In this document: positions 1 to 12,672 of the stretch, in pieces | How the letters are laid out: every line of letters starts with the position of its first letter | Numbering within the stretch: position 1 is the first letter of the stretch | From: the human T2T-CHM13v2.0 reference genome, Homo sapiens | DNA: 64,000 bases | Assembly (NCBI RefSeq): GCF_009914755.1 | Contig: NC_060936.1 | Direction: 5' to 3' (one strand) | Position numbers and translations under genes: made by a program | The notes under the pieces: generated by a model | The model's database searches: none | Seen by the model: the letters and a program-made list of their open reading frames with translations, nothing else | What the model was told of the DNA's origin: nothing

Positions 1-746
1 TTCTAGTTTCAGCTGGCCTGAGCTTCCCTCTCTTGGACTCTTCAGTCTAACAGCTAACCCATATATGACACAAAGATCAAAGGTCAGATTCTTGGGCTCC
101 ATTAAGGCTGCTACTTTAAATGACAGCACTATTTATGGACTCTTTATTGAAGACAGATCACCCTTGGAGGCTGCCACAACCTTTACTCATAAATCAGACA
201 TCAAGTGCCTCTTGGGGGCTAAATACTGCCTCTCCTGTTGAAGACATGAAGGGGTGTAACATATACTCAATTTGCTGCCACACAAGGATTTAGAATCTGC
301 TTACTCCCTCAACCTAGGACTCAAGGTCCAGACAAGGAAATTTGATTTTTTTTTTCTTCCTTTTTCTTTCCCTGCCAGCCACACACACCAGCCGGTGTTC
401 CCAGGGGACACTGGCAACTGTATGTAGGCTGAGCTTTGGCGTAGAAGAAATAAATAATCTATAGAAGAAAATACGTCAGAATATTTTCTTATAAAAATGA
501 AGGAATGACCGTTGCATCATTCCAAGTACCAAAATAATACACTAATTGAAAATTTTCCTCTAAATTTCAATGTTCTCTAACAGAGATTATTCTAACTTAG
601 TTGTTTTCAACAGGGTCAATTTTGGCAACGTCTTGGGACTTATTTGTAGGTAGTTTGTTTAATCCTCTATGCCTCAATTTCCTTACCTTTAAAGAAAATA
701 GAAAATATAGTAACGCTATAAGGTTGTTGCAAATAATAAATGAGCT

Positions 747-1063
747 GGCCAGGAACAGTGGCTCACGCCTGTAATCCAAGTACTTTGGGAGGCCGAGGTG
801 GCTGGATCACTTGAGGTCAGGAGTTCGAGACCAGCCTGGCCAATATGGTGAAACCCTGTCCCTACTAAAAATACAAAAATTAGTTGGATGTGGTGGTGCA
901 TGCCTGTAATCCCAGCTACCTGGGATGCTGAGGCCAGAAAATTGCTTGAACCCAGGAGACAGACATTGTAGTAGGCCAAGATTGCGCCACTGCACTCCAG
1001 CCTGGGTGACAGAGTGAGACTCCATCTCAAAAATAAATAAATAAATAAAAATAATAATAATAA
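747..1063 (+). mobile_element. AluS (Sx/Sz-like), inserted in a MIR remnant
   Basis: Two-arm Alu starting GGCCAGGAACAGTGGCTCACGCCTGTAATCC, A-rich tail, TSD-like AATAATAAATGAG(C/T)T on both sides. Confidence 0.95.
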
Positions 1064-1739
1064 ATGAGTTAATACATGTAAAAACCACTTGAAACAGTGT
1101 CCATTGTTTATAAGCACTTATATGTGCTAGCTATTATGGTTAGGTATACAAATTGAATAAAGGGACTAGCAGTGTGGTGAATGAATTCCCTTTGTAACAT
1201 AATTTGAGTTCATTCTACTTGTAATCTAATACAAATCTTATTAAGCCATATTAAGCCACAATGCATCTAAATGGACAATTTGCTGACCTTGAAACTGAGA
1301 GAATGGGCTAAGAAATTATATTGATGATGATTGCATGACGGTTCATGAAGAGACCAGGATGGAGCCAGGATAAGTGGTAAGAATGGGCATTTGGGTATCA
1401 ATCTTCAAGTTGATCTCACAAGGTAAGAGGCATCTGCATTGGCTCCTGCTACCCTTCATGGGAGATCAATTTCCACAGAGGCTGGTTTCCTGGAAAGCAT
1501 TGACCCCAGAACAGCACAGGGGCCTGGGACTTTTCTGTCTTGTTAAGTAAAAGTTACAAAAACTAATTTATCTTTGTTTAAGTAGAAAATTGAAGCAAGT
1601 GAAACTTGACTGAAATGTACTAACAAGTGGGAGTCGACAGAGACCAGTGACGTGTCCTGCAGTCCAGGTAGGAGCCAACTTCCAGAAATACCTGAGCTCC
1701 AAGCTGCCTATTGGGGCAGAAGTCACAGGGGATGTGGGT

Positions 1740-2033
1740 CAAAGGGTGAAAGTCTCAGTTAGGATGCATAGGCTCTGGAGCTCTGTTAGACATCATGGTG
1801 ACTATAGTTAACAATCGTGGACTGTGTAGGTAAAATTTGCTAAGACAGTAGATCTTAAATGTTACCAAAGCCCTCCCCAATGGTAACTAGGCTAGGAGAT
1901 GGATATGTTAATTGGCTTGATTGTGGTAATCATTTCACAATGTATACCTCTATCAAAACATTCTGCTGTATACCATAAATATATACAATTTTTATTTTTC
2001 AATTTTACCTCAATAAAGCTGAGGGGAAAAAAA
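1740..2033 (+). mobile_element. Old L1 (L1MA/MB) 3' UTR fragment
   Basis: GACTATAGTTAACAAT...GTAGATCTTAAATGTT...CAATAAAGCTG followed by an A run, typical of L1M 3' ends. Confidence 0.8.
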
Positions 2034-2036
2034 TTG

Positions 2037-2272
2037 TCCAGCCTGGACAACATTCTCTCCCACACTCATCTCTGCTAAAAATAAAAAATAAAACAGTAGC
2101 TAGGCAAGGCGGTGCCCACCTGTAGTTCCAGCTACTTTGAGAGGGTTGGGTGGGAGGATCACTTGAGCCCAGATCAGGGCTTCATTGAGCTATGATTTGC
2201 CACTGCACTCCAGCTGGGGCAAGAGAGTGAGGCCTCATCTCAAATAAGTAAGTAAAATAAATAAATAAATCA
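2037..2272 (+). mobile_element. 5'-truncated AluJ-like element
   Basis: CCAGCCTGG...GGAGGATCACTTGAGCCCAG...CACTGCACTCCAGC with a (TAAA)n tail. Confidence 0.85.
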
Positions 2273-2363
2273 ATCATCTAGTAAATGTGAGTTCTGAAAC
2301 TAGACTATCTGAGTTCAAGTCTCAGCTCCATCACCTACCAGCTGTGTGGCCTTGAGCAAGTAA

Positions 2364-2680
<317 letters not shown>

Positions 2681-3076
2681 TAACTGGACTTCTTTAAGCA
2701 TTTGCTTTAAGCATCTGTTTTCTTGTGTGTAAAATTGGTATTATGAGAGTACATACTTTTAGGGTTTTCATAAGGATTAAATAAGTTACTTCAAGTATTA
2801 TGCCTAGAAGAGCATCTGCAGGTCTAAAGATACTACTAATATTGCAAGGTAGATGACTTTAATTTGACATGTCTGCCTTTCGGTGCCTCCATTGTTAAAA
2901 TGAGGCTAACACTGTAAGGCTTCACAGGAGTCATTCATGCAACAAACGGTCCTGTGATGCACACTGTGCCCGGCCCCACTGGAGAGACTGTGAAAGCACC
3001 GCTCCATCTAGTCACACTCCAGGGAACTCACATGGGGGCTGGGCAGGGGGACCTAAGAGATAGATAATCGGCACAT

Positions 3077-3109
3077 ATCGCTTCTCGGCCTTTTGGCTAA
3101 GATCAAGTG
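3077..3109 (+). pseudogene. 3'-truncated U2 snRNA retrocopy (U2 nt 1-33)
   Basis: ATCGCTTCTCGGCCTTTTGGCTAAGATCAAGTG matches the U2 5' end; flanked by ATAATCGGCA (3064-3073) and ATAATCAGCA (3110-3119). Confidence 0.93.
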
Positions 3110-3501
3110 ATAATCAGCAAGTAAATGCAGAGGAAGGAGAGCTGGGGAACTCTGGGCACAACTTTACAGCTTCGTGGTTCATATTCTTTTCTAGGAGAAA
3201 GGAAGGGTGGATGAGGCCCCAATCCATCGGTTGGAAATAATGGGCTATGTTTTATTCCTCAGTGCACTGAGAAGGAGAGCAACATTTAAGCGTGTAAGTG
3301 TGTGTATGTGTTTGTGTGTGTGTGTGTCAGAGAAAGGGAGGGAAGGAGAGAGAGAAAATAACATATTTCTGCTGCTTTAGGAAGACCAGAGAGTCTCCAT
3401 CTGCTTTGTAACTGTAGCTGCTTCCTAAGGTCATGTGTAGGCTACGCAAATCAAAGGAGTCTTGGAAATTCTCAGCAGTTTTTTTTTTTCTATGCAGACC
3501 T

Positions 3502-4800
3502 GTTGAACCCCTCATTTTTCAGTGACCCTTTTGTTGCCAGAGGGCTCAGGAGGGTATCTGGAAGCCAGTGGGACCCTAGCCCCAGCAGTGTCCAGGTTCT
3601 TGACACCATGGAGAGAAAGAATTCGATGACAAATCAGAATAAAGCAAAAGGCAAGAAGCTTTTACTGTCAAGCAAAAGTACACACAGAAGAGAGAAGTGC
3701 AGGCGTGCTTGGGAGAGTGAGAAGAACGTGGCAGAATTTGGGTGTCTAATTTTATAGGCTCTTCTAATTAGGGGAATAATCATGATATTTTCTAAGAAAA
3801 CAAGTAGGGATATCTTAGAATTGGGATGCCACCCATTTATGTACTAAATATACATTGGTGCTGGTGGGTGTGTGATTTTGGATGGTGACGAGAGTACAGT
3901 TAGGTCGGGTAGGGCATAAGTCAAGTCCATCACCATATCAGATCCAGCTGGTCTCAACCAGCTTTGCCCCCTACCTTGTTTGTTGGGGTCTTATCAGCCC
4001 AGGCTTGTCTTTGTTCTTGTCACTAATTCTAACAGCTCCTTTCCTGCAGTTATGTGAAATTGCTGCTTCATATTTTCCCTCTTCTCCTGTGACCACCCAG
4101 CATTCCGATTTAATGGGTGTTTCTTTAATTAGGGGGTAGAACAATCATTAGGTGCTCCAGAAAAAGAGAATTATATGGTTTGGCTGTGTCCCACCCAAAT
4201 CTCACTTTGAATTGTAATTATCCCCACATGTCAAGGGTGGGGCCAGGTGGACATAATTGAATCATGGAGGTAGTTTCCCCCACACTGTTTTCATGGTAGT
4301 GAATAAGTCTCATGAGATCTGATGGTTTTATAAACGGGAGTTCCCCTGCACGTGCACTCTTGCCTGCAACCATGTAAGACATGCCTTTGCTCCTCCTTGC
4401 CTTTTGCCATGATTATGAGGCCTCCCCAGCCATGTGGAACTTTGAGTTCATTAAACATCTTTGCTTTACAAATTTCCCAGCTTCAGAAATGTCTGTATTA
4501 GCAGTGTGCGATCAGACTAATACAGAGGGGATTTCAGGGACTCCCCATGAATGCCCCCTTTCTCCCTTAATTGGGTTTGCCTGGAAGAGTCATGGGCCTG
4601 TCACCCTGACTGGGGTTTTGGCTGTTTTTGCTCCGTATTTTGGGTTTTCAGTTATCCTGGGTTTCTTTGTGTAGTTCTTGTTTCAGCTGTTGTTTGGGTC
4701 TTTCCACCCTGTGACTACCCAGTGCTATTCCTGTCCCACCTTGGCCTGGCTGAGATGTTACCACAGCTGCCTTCTCCCCACTGCAGGCAAATGGAACTAA
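3502..4800 (-). mobile_element. ERV1-class LTR remnant interrupted by THE1
   Basis: GTCCAGGTTCTTGACACC...AAAGAATTC...AAAAGTACAC resembles antisense MER4-group LTRs; similar sequence resumes after the THE1. Confidence 0.55.
4171..4524 (+). mobile_element. THE1 (MaLR) solo LTR
   Basis: ATATGGTTTGGCTGTGTCCC...CAAATCTCA...GAGGCCTCCCCAGCCATGTGGAAC...GACTAATACA. Confidence 0.92.
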
Positions 4801-4804
4801 CTTA

Positions 4805-4931
4805 GAATGGCGAGTTAATGGGTGCAGCACACCAACATGGCACATGTATACATATATAACCTGCACGTTGTGCACATGTACCCTAAAACTTAAAGTATAA
4901 TAAAAAAAATAGCTCTTAAGGAAAAAAAAAA
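4805..4931 (+). mobile_element. Short L1PA 3' end with a split A tail
   Basis: GAGTTAATGGGTGCAGCACACCAACATGGCACATGTATAC...CCCTAAAACTTAAAGTATAATAAAA. Confidence 0.92.
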
Positions 4932-5857
4932 GTGAGCTGGTGTCAAGCTCCTCCTGGGACTAGAACTCTCCAATACGCTGTATCAGGGGCACACTCCCAG
5001 GATGAGTGGGTTGTCCAAGCCCACCCCTCCTCTCCTAGTCCTGTTGAGGGTTATCTTCCTGTGCCCAATTTTGGAGACAAAAATTGATTCTTCATTGCTA
5101 GCATCTATCTCTTTCATTGTCATTTAATCACAGGAGTTTTTCCTTATTCTATTTCTTTTGAAATTCTTTCCTGGCTCAGGACGCCCTGGGGTGCTCCACT
5201 GAAGGAGACTACTGTGACACCTTGCGAGCAAGCAGGCTTCCTTTCTGAGGTTGCACCGAGCCAGCCCTAGGTGTGTGGGGGGGGACTGGGCCCTGCCTCC
5301 AGGGTGGGCAGACGCAGAGGGTGCTGCCCTGGGGTTTGGGGAGGGAAGAGGCTGGTGTCTGAATGCTGTTCATTCACTGCAGGCAGGGTCAGGAGAGCGG
5401 TCAGGCTCTGACTCCCACCCCCTGCAGATCAGGCCAGAACTGAAATCATCTGGTTGGGCCCTGGTAGAGGCAACTTCCATGAAAGAAGAGAGAGCGCGCT
5501 GGGTGCAAATCAGCGGGAAAGGCTGGGGGAAGACGGAAAGTTTGGATTTCTCCTGCCCCATGGTGCAAAGCCCAAACCAAACCAACTAAAAACCTGCCGT
5601 TGCGGGAACAATTCTGCGGGGAAAAGGGGGCACTTCCACCTAAATAGTTAGCACAGGCTTATCGTGTTAAAAACTCAATGAGGCAATAAGGGTAAACTGA
5701 GCGATTACCCTTTCTTCAGTGATGAGTTTCTGGTGTGTTTCCGCATGTTTGAGTGTTTTCCCCTACACATTTATAAACACAGGTACACGTCCGTTTATAC
5801 AAACACTTGTGTATCCCTTGTTCACACGGTCGTGCACGCTGCTCTTTTTCCTCTCAG

Positions 5858-6136
5858 TGTATCCGGAAGATGGTTCCGAATCAACTGGATAGGATTTTTA
5901 ATTTCCGAAGGCACGAGCTCCCCTGGCATCCGCAAATGTGACCCGCAATTTAGAGAGGAAGAGGAGCGCAGACCCTACCTGTCCGGAGTAACGGTCAGGA
6001 GAGAGGTGGGGAAGGGCTGGGCCCCTCTCGGTGTCCCGGGTTCCCGGCAGAAGTCTCCAGGGCTGAGGGAGTCTGCAGACACGGAGTTTCCGCGCCAGAG
6101 GAGCGGGTCCACGCGGACAGGCAGTTCCAGCTCCGG
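5858..6136 (+). other. Candidate exon in the CpG island (probably non-coding)
   Basis: Acceptor CTCTTTTTCCTCTCAG ending at 5857 and strong donor GTAAGT at 6137; could instead be a first exon with an internal TSS. Confidence 0.45.
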
Positions 6137-6324
6137 GTAAGTGCGGCCCCATCTCCTCTCCGTCCCCGGCTCCGCCAGCAGCAGTCCCGGAGAGATTTCC
6201 CCTCCCCGCCGCCCGCGCTCTCTCTCCTCCTGCGCCCAGGCCGGTCTCCGGCTCCGGAGTCGGACGGCGACGGTGCAGATGAGGGCGCACAGGGGACGGT
6301 CCTGGAGCCCGGGAAGGGTGCGAG

Positions 6325-6526
6325 ATGGAGACGGCGGTTCAGAAAAGTTGTCAGGTCTCCAGCCCGGGCAGTGGCGGGAGCTGGAGCCGCGGTGGAGACG
6401 ACTCGAGGGGACGCAGCCCGCCTGGCACAAAGGGCCACGGGCGCGAGGGACTCGATGAGCTGGGAGATCGCGGCCCCGGCAGGTGCGGCGCGCTGGGGCG
6501 GGTGCTTGGCGCCTTCCCCGGCACAG
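6325..6526 (+). CDS. Candidate first coding exon (METAVQKS...AFPGT, 67 aa, phase-1 donor)
   Basis: GAGATGG Kozak context at 6325; open frame to CAG|GTGAGA; phase matches the downstream exon chain, but GC-rich ORFs arise easily by chance. Confidence 0.25.
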
Positions 6527-8014
6527 GTGAGACTGGGCGGAGAGGGCATCTGTGGCGTGGCCTCTCTGGGTGCGGAGTGAGGGGACGCAGTAAACGTGGG
6601 GTTTGGATCCCGCGGCGGCGCTGGATAGGCGGACACTGTGGGGCTCCGCGGACTGTATCGCCTACCTGGACCTCACGCGGACCACGTGCAGATCTGGCGC
6701 CAGGGGGGATGTGGTGGAGGTGTCGTGTCCCTTGCTTTTCCCCTCCCTAGGACTTGACAGGACTAGGAGGATGGGGGAGCCCGGTTCTTTGCACTCCTTT
6801 TTCCCCAACAATGGAGCTCCATGCCTCCCTCACTCTAGTTCAGTTAAACTAAGATTGGGAGGGTCCCAGGGAGGAGCCAGTCCCCCTGCACCTGTTTCCC
6901 TTCTAGCCTGTGGTCCTGAGAGCCAGGCTGTGCCCACGGGGGAGCAGGTGTTCACAGCGAAGCTCGCAGGGGGCCCCAGGTTGGCAGAAATGTGCGATTA
7001 TCTCAACAGACACCTGAGATCGAGATCCGGTCCGATGTGGTTTGAGGATTGCAAGGAGGGGCTGGGGGGTCTCTGGCGAGTCGGTACAAGAATGTAGAAC
7101 AGAACTGGGCTTTCCAGAAGGCCTTTCACCCCACTCCCCCATCTCTACAGCGCGAATTACTTCATCTCAGAGGGAATTTAGTGGGTACATTAGGCACATA
7201 GCACAGCGCCTGAAGCACACGAAAAGCTTAGCAGCTGTTAACCACTGCCATTATCATCATGCCTACGTGGGGCCCAGGTAGAATCAAGCCGACCCACATG
7301 AGTAGCGGAGGGGGAGGCTTCCAGGTCCGGGGAGAGCGACCCGCGCGCCCTTCTGCGCGGTTACTGGCACGCGTGGTTGCGTGGATGGCGTGCCAAGTCT
7401 CACCTAAGGCTGGGAAGGCGGCTGCGCCTCTGTCCAGGGTTCCAGGGCGCCTGAGAGCAGGAGCGCTAGGAGAATGTCATTTGCCTGTTTCCCGCGCGCG
7501 CCTGAGCTGTGTCCGCAGGGCTGGGCTCCGAGCGCAGTAGCGAGACCGCCTGTTGGTTAAACTTACCGTAAGGTGCGGGGTCTTCTTAGGTCTCTGCTCT
7601 CAATGCGGAGAGCTCTACCTTAGCCCGCTTACAGACAGATCTTCTAAGCACTTTTTATCCAGCTGCCTCCTGCCTAAAGCTCTTTCAGCTCAGCTGGAAA
7701 ATCACTAGGAAGGACATACTGCCAATTTCAGTGATAAAAAAAAAAGTTTTTGCTTTTCAGAAGTCATGTGCAGCCTGAACTCCTGGGATATCCACTCACC
7801 TTGAGCCTGCAGGTTCCTTCAGGAGCCAGATGGAACTTATAAAACATGTTTTTTAAATACTGCCATTTTCTTTCAAGGCTTCCAGTTAGGCAGAGGTGAG
7901 GGTGGGGGTAGCAGATATCTTCTCTTTTATTCCTTTTATTTCAATTGCAAAACAGATCTCCAGTATCAGGGTGCGGAATAAAACTAGGTGAGGAGACAGA
8001 GTGACGGGGGCTAT

Positions 8015-8342
8015 TGGTGGTGGAGTGGGCAGAGAAGCTTCCCCAAGGAGGTTTACTTGGGAGCTGATACTTGAGTGAAGTGAGGGAAGAGGCCAGAGAA
8101 TACCTGGGGAGGAGCTGTCCAGGCAAGGGAACAACTAGTGTGCAAAAGCCCGGAGGCTGGAATTAGCTGGGTGCCTGGTGGTGGTGGAGTGGGCAGAGAA
8201 GCTTCCCCAAGGAGGTTTACTTGGGAGCTGATACTTGAGTGAAGTGAGGGAAGAGGCCAGAGAATACCTGGGGAGGAGCTGTCCAGGCAAGGGAACAACT
8301 AGTGTGCAAAAGCCCGGAGGCTGGAATTAGCTGGGTGCCTGG
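8015..8342. repeat. Perfect 2 x 164-bp tandem duplication inside an L2-like remnant
   Basis: 8015-8178 and 8179-8342 are identical by inspection (TGGTGGTGGAGTGGGCAGAG...GGGTGCCTGG). Confidence 0.95.
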
Positions 8343-8610
8343 AAAGAAGAACAATGGCGAGACGGCCATGTGGCTGGAACTGAGTGAGGGTGCGAAAGGG
8401 GTCGGGGATGCATCAGGGAGGTGGGCAGAGTCCTGAAGCTGACCATGTGGTCCAGGCAGGCCACGTGTGTCTCAGATTGGAGCTGGCCCTGGCATCCACT
8501 CTCCTTTCTCTTCCTCAGGAGCAAACTCCTGATGTTTTCCTGGGCACTTGATCACCCAGAATAAGGACTGCCTTTGGCAGCCTCTTCTGCAGCAGGGTGT
8601 GGCTCTGTGA

Positions 8611-8925
<315 letters not shown>

Positions 8926-11900
8926 AGGTTCTAAGATTTAGTATGTAAAAGGGGGTGGCACCTGTAAATTTCAGGAAGTGAACTTCAGTAGAGGAAGTCA
9001 CCTTTCTTTGTCCCTATGTCATGGCTGGAAAACGAACCATTAGTAATGACAGGAGCTCTAGCAGCCATTTTAGACCATGAGGTGTTCCTTGGAAATGGAA
9101 ACTGCAGAGTGGAATAGCAAGAGAAGTGAAGCCTGGGTATCCACTGCAGCTACACTGCCCCCCCAGCCTTGGCTGATGGCTTCTGGACTTTATGAACACA
9201 AGAGAAAAATTAACTTGTATTTTGTTTAACGTGCGTGTGTGTGTGATATATACATATATATATATATATTTTTTTTTTCCTGTGACTTACAGGTGAACCT
9301 AAACTTACATGGTACCCCATGGTTAGAACCTACATTTTATTCCAATCCATGGGGAAACTATTGGAGACTTTTGAGCCAGGAAGTGACAGAAATTGTTTCA
9401 CTTTTTAATAGACTCATTCTGCTGCTATGAGCGAGGAGACTGGGCCCAAAGGAACAAGAATGGACACAGGAAAGGTCAGCTGAGGTTATGGCAGGTATCC
9501 AGGTGCATGAAGATGGTGGCTTGGACCAGGTGGCCATGGTGGAGAGAACAGGAAATGATCATCCTTAATATGAATTAGGATGAGTGTGATTAATAGAGGT
9601 GAGGAGAAAAGTCGCAAACACATATATACACACATGCATATGTATATGCATATGTGTATGTATATATGTATATATTATACATTTGACTTAGAGACATAGA
9701 TCTGATTTTCCCATATAATATTTTCTTAAAACAGGTCATTTCATAGTTCCTATCTCCTTAGCTCACTTCCCCATGTTTCCAGTAGTTTAGTGAACAGCAC
9801 CTCAATTGTTTGTATAGAATCCATCATAAAGCAAGAATTAGGAAGACTTTTTAAAATTCTCATATTTACAATGAGAATAAATGAGGCAGAAGAAAGTGGT
9901 GCAACTTTCTATAATTCATCCCAGTGAATAAGTTTGACACCTGGTATTAAAGGATCTGAAAATATTGAAGCTTCAGTGAAAAGCAGATTCCTCCGAAGCA
10001 ATTGTTAAAGACTTCTTAAGGAAAAAAAATCAGCATTGCATTTATATGTGTTATTTTACATAAGTATATCCCTCTGTTTCTCTTAATAATTCCAACATAT
10101 GCTTTAGCTCATGGTTGGCATCTGAAATAGCATTTGATAATACACATGGCAACATAGAGAAATAGATTTAAGAAATGTAAAATAAGGCTAAAACAATTGA
10201 AAGGGGATCAAATCCAGGGGAAATGTTGCACCAGGGTGTACAGATTATGGCTCTTTGATGGTTCCTGAGAGGGAAGTAAAGCTTTAACTCAGGGTTTCCT
10301 AGCGAGAAGGAAACACAGTTTATTACATGTTTCTCATTGTCCATAAGAAGAAAACATACCAGCTATAAAGGGGCCATGAAGGTGTTCCCGCCATTGAGAT
10401 CTGAAAGAAAAATATTATGAACAGTTTTAGAACAGAAATAATTACCCTGTAGGCTGACTTCTGCAGTTTCACTGATAAGCATTATGGAGTCAATTTTCTC
10501 TTTTTTTTTTTTTTCTGAAAAGTTGTGGTTGTGTGCATTTTTTCCCTCTGGATGGGGTCCACGGTTTTAATTATATTTTCAAAACGGTGAAAAGCTCTCA
10601 AACTGTTAAGCATCATTTACATAGAAAATAATGCAGTAGGCAGCATTCTCCAGGCCATAAAAGCTGCAATAAATGTGGCAGCAGGCTTCCCAAAGCTTTC
10701 CATTTATATAGGTTTCTTAGCAAAGTTGAGGGTCTGACAATTTTATTTTTATTCCTTACTCTATTTACTCTCCCCCTTTGTTGTCTTTATTATCAGCATA
10801 TGCTTCCTTCAAATGATGTCATTATCACGATGTTCATTTTAGTGTAGTTATTAAAAGCATGGGCCCAGGGGCCAGAAAGCCCACCTGTAAATTCTGCCTT
10901 CACCACTCCCTCACTGTGTGCTGTGGGATGGGTGGCTTCTTGTTTCTGTGTCTCATTTTTCTTGTCTGTAAAATGGGGCTAGTAATAGATAACAGGACAG
11001 CATTGTGATGAGATTTACGTGAAATGGAAAGCACATATGTCCACGTCAGTCATGTCGCACATGCTCAGGAAGTTGAGTCCTTTCTTGATGTTGCCTTCAC
11101 AGTCATTGTTATCATGGACTTTCCTTTCGACGTGCCAGAAGACATCTCACACATCAGGTTACTTAAAATGTGGGGCATTCTAATATTTTTATTCAAATAT
11201 TTATAGCCATCAAATAGAGAAGTTTACAATCATCCTCACCTCCACATAACTGATCTTGATTTAGGACTGTGCACATTTAGCTTTCACAGTCAGTGTGTAT
11301 GCGTCTATCCCAGAGTGGGAGACACCATTGTGTACAATGAGGAAAACACAGGTGCCTCAATTCATCTGTCCACTCAATGTGTCCCTGCCCAGCAAGAGGC
11401 CACGTGAGTCTCAGAGCCCCTCTGTTGATCCCTTTCTTTGAGACTCTTTTCATTCTTGTCCTTAGAGACAAGATGCTCTGCATGTGTGTGTGTGTGTGTG
11501 TGTGTGTAGTTGTTTAACTGTTTTACAACTTGGTACTTTAAACTCAAGATCTTCGACTGGGGCTCAGCAGAAACAGCAGCAATCTGTTGCAATGCTGAAG
11601 GAAAAGCCAGCTGTGCCAAATATATTGCAATACAGAACTTTACCATCTTTAAGGGAGGTTTTGGTTTAAAGAGACTTTTTAGGAATAATTTGATGCTAGG
11701 TGCATTCTGCTTCCATGTAGACGTTAGAGATTGAGCCCTTTTTATATGAGGCTTCACTGAACACTCAAACTGAAGTCAGAGATTCCCTTAGGGGAATGGC
11801 AATGGCTGAGTTTTAGGTAAGATGCAACTCTGTATGACTGAGTAGTTTAGCCAGTTCTACATCTGCCCATCCTCACCCCAAACACACCTTATTCCCAGAG

Positions 11901-12139
11901 AGATTAGAAACATAATCACCAAAGTCAGATGAAAATATACCTTCAATCTGCAGCTCTGGAGAGTCATTCCATTCCACAGTCTCTCTGTGAAAAAAAATGT
12001 CAGAGTAAAAAACATTCTGAATTTTGTTAATTTCTTTCTCTCAAAATTATGGTTCTAATTCTCCTTGCCAATCTATCTGCACACAAACATGCAAACATAC
12101 ACACACACACACACACAAACACGTGTGTGTATGTTTATA

Positions 12140-12672
12140 TAATACATACAATTTCTATTACTCCTGGCAGTTATATTCCAATGAATTAACACATACTGAA
12201 GCATTGCTCCTAGGGAAACTGCAGAGATAGGTTTCTCTTAGTCTTTGTTTGCAAAGTTTTCATCAACTGATCAATATATAATTTATTTTATGTGTACTTC
12301 TGTATAAAGATACTCTATTTAATATAGATTATTGATTCATTAACATTGAATTCACAGCTGACAACACTGCATAGCTCATGCCTGAGCAAAGTTTATCTAA
12401 CACAAACAGCAAAGTTAGTCTCAAAATGAACAAAAATAGGAAAAGCATGGAACTGAGCAGACCACAGAAGGACCCTTGCTTACAGAGCTGGACAGGAAGT
12501 GAGGGCACTGCCTTTTTTGACCTCAGTTTGGATGATTCACATTTTTTTGCTGCTCTGCCCATGTACAAAAATGACTTCAGATGTTCCACAGGTATTGATT
12601 TGGGGGTTAAAAATAAGGGTTAGTAAGGAGCCAAATTTGCAAATACGGAATGTCAATAATGAAAATTGACTT
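12140..12672 (-). mobile_element. MER82-like TcMar-Tigger DNA transposon
   Basis: Antisense match to recalled MER82: GCTCCTAGGG, GATTCATTAACATTGAA, GCTCATGCCTGA, GTATTGATTTGGGGGTTA, TTTGCAAATACGGAA. Confidence 0.8.

Larger units (their letters stand above)
5700..7620. promoter_or_regulatory. CpG island / probable promoter
   Basis: Dense CpG and high GC over ~1.9 kb against a CpG-depleted background; GC boxes (GGGGCGGG ~6495, GGGCGGAG ~6535); CCGGAAGATGG ETS/YY1-like motif 5863-5873; donors CGG|GTAAGT at 6136/6137 and CAG|GTGAGA at 6526/6527. Confidence 0.9.

Noticed and set aside
716-1117. Alu-derived ORFs (here and at 8644, 26622, 31282, 47501, 54709, 55235)
   Set aside because: Standard Alu translations (…[13 protein letters not shown]…), not genes.
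5733-7540. Many long overlapping ORFs on both strands
   Set aside because: Expected from stop-codon scarcity in a CpG island; low-complexity R/G/P/S products.
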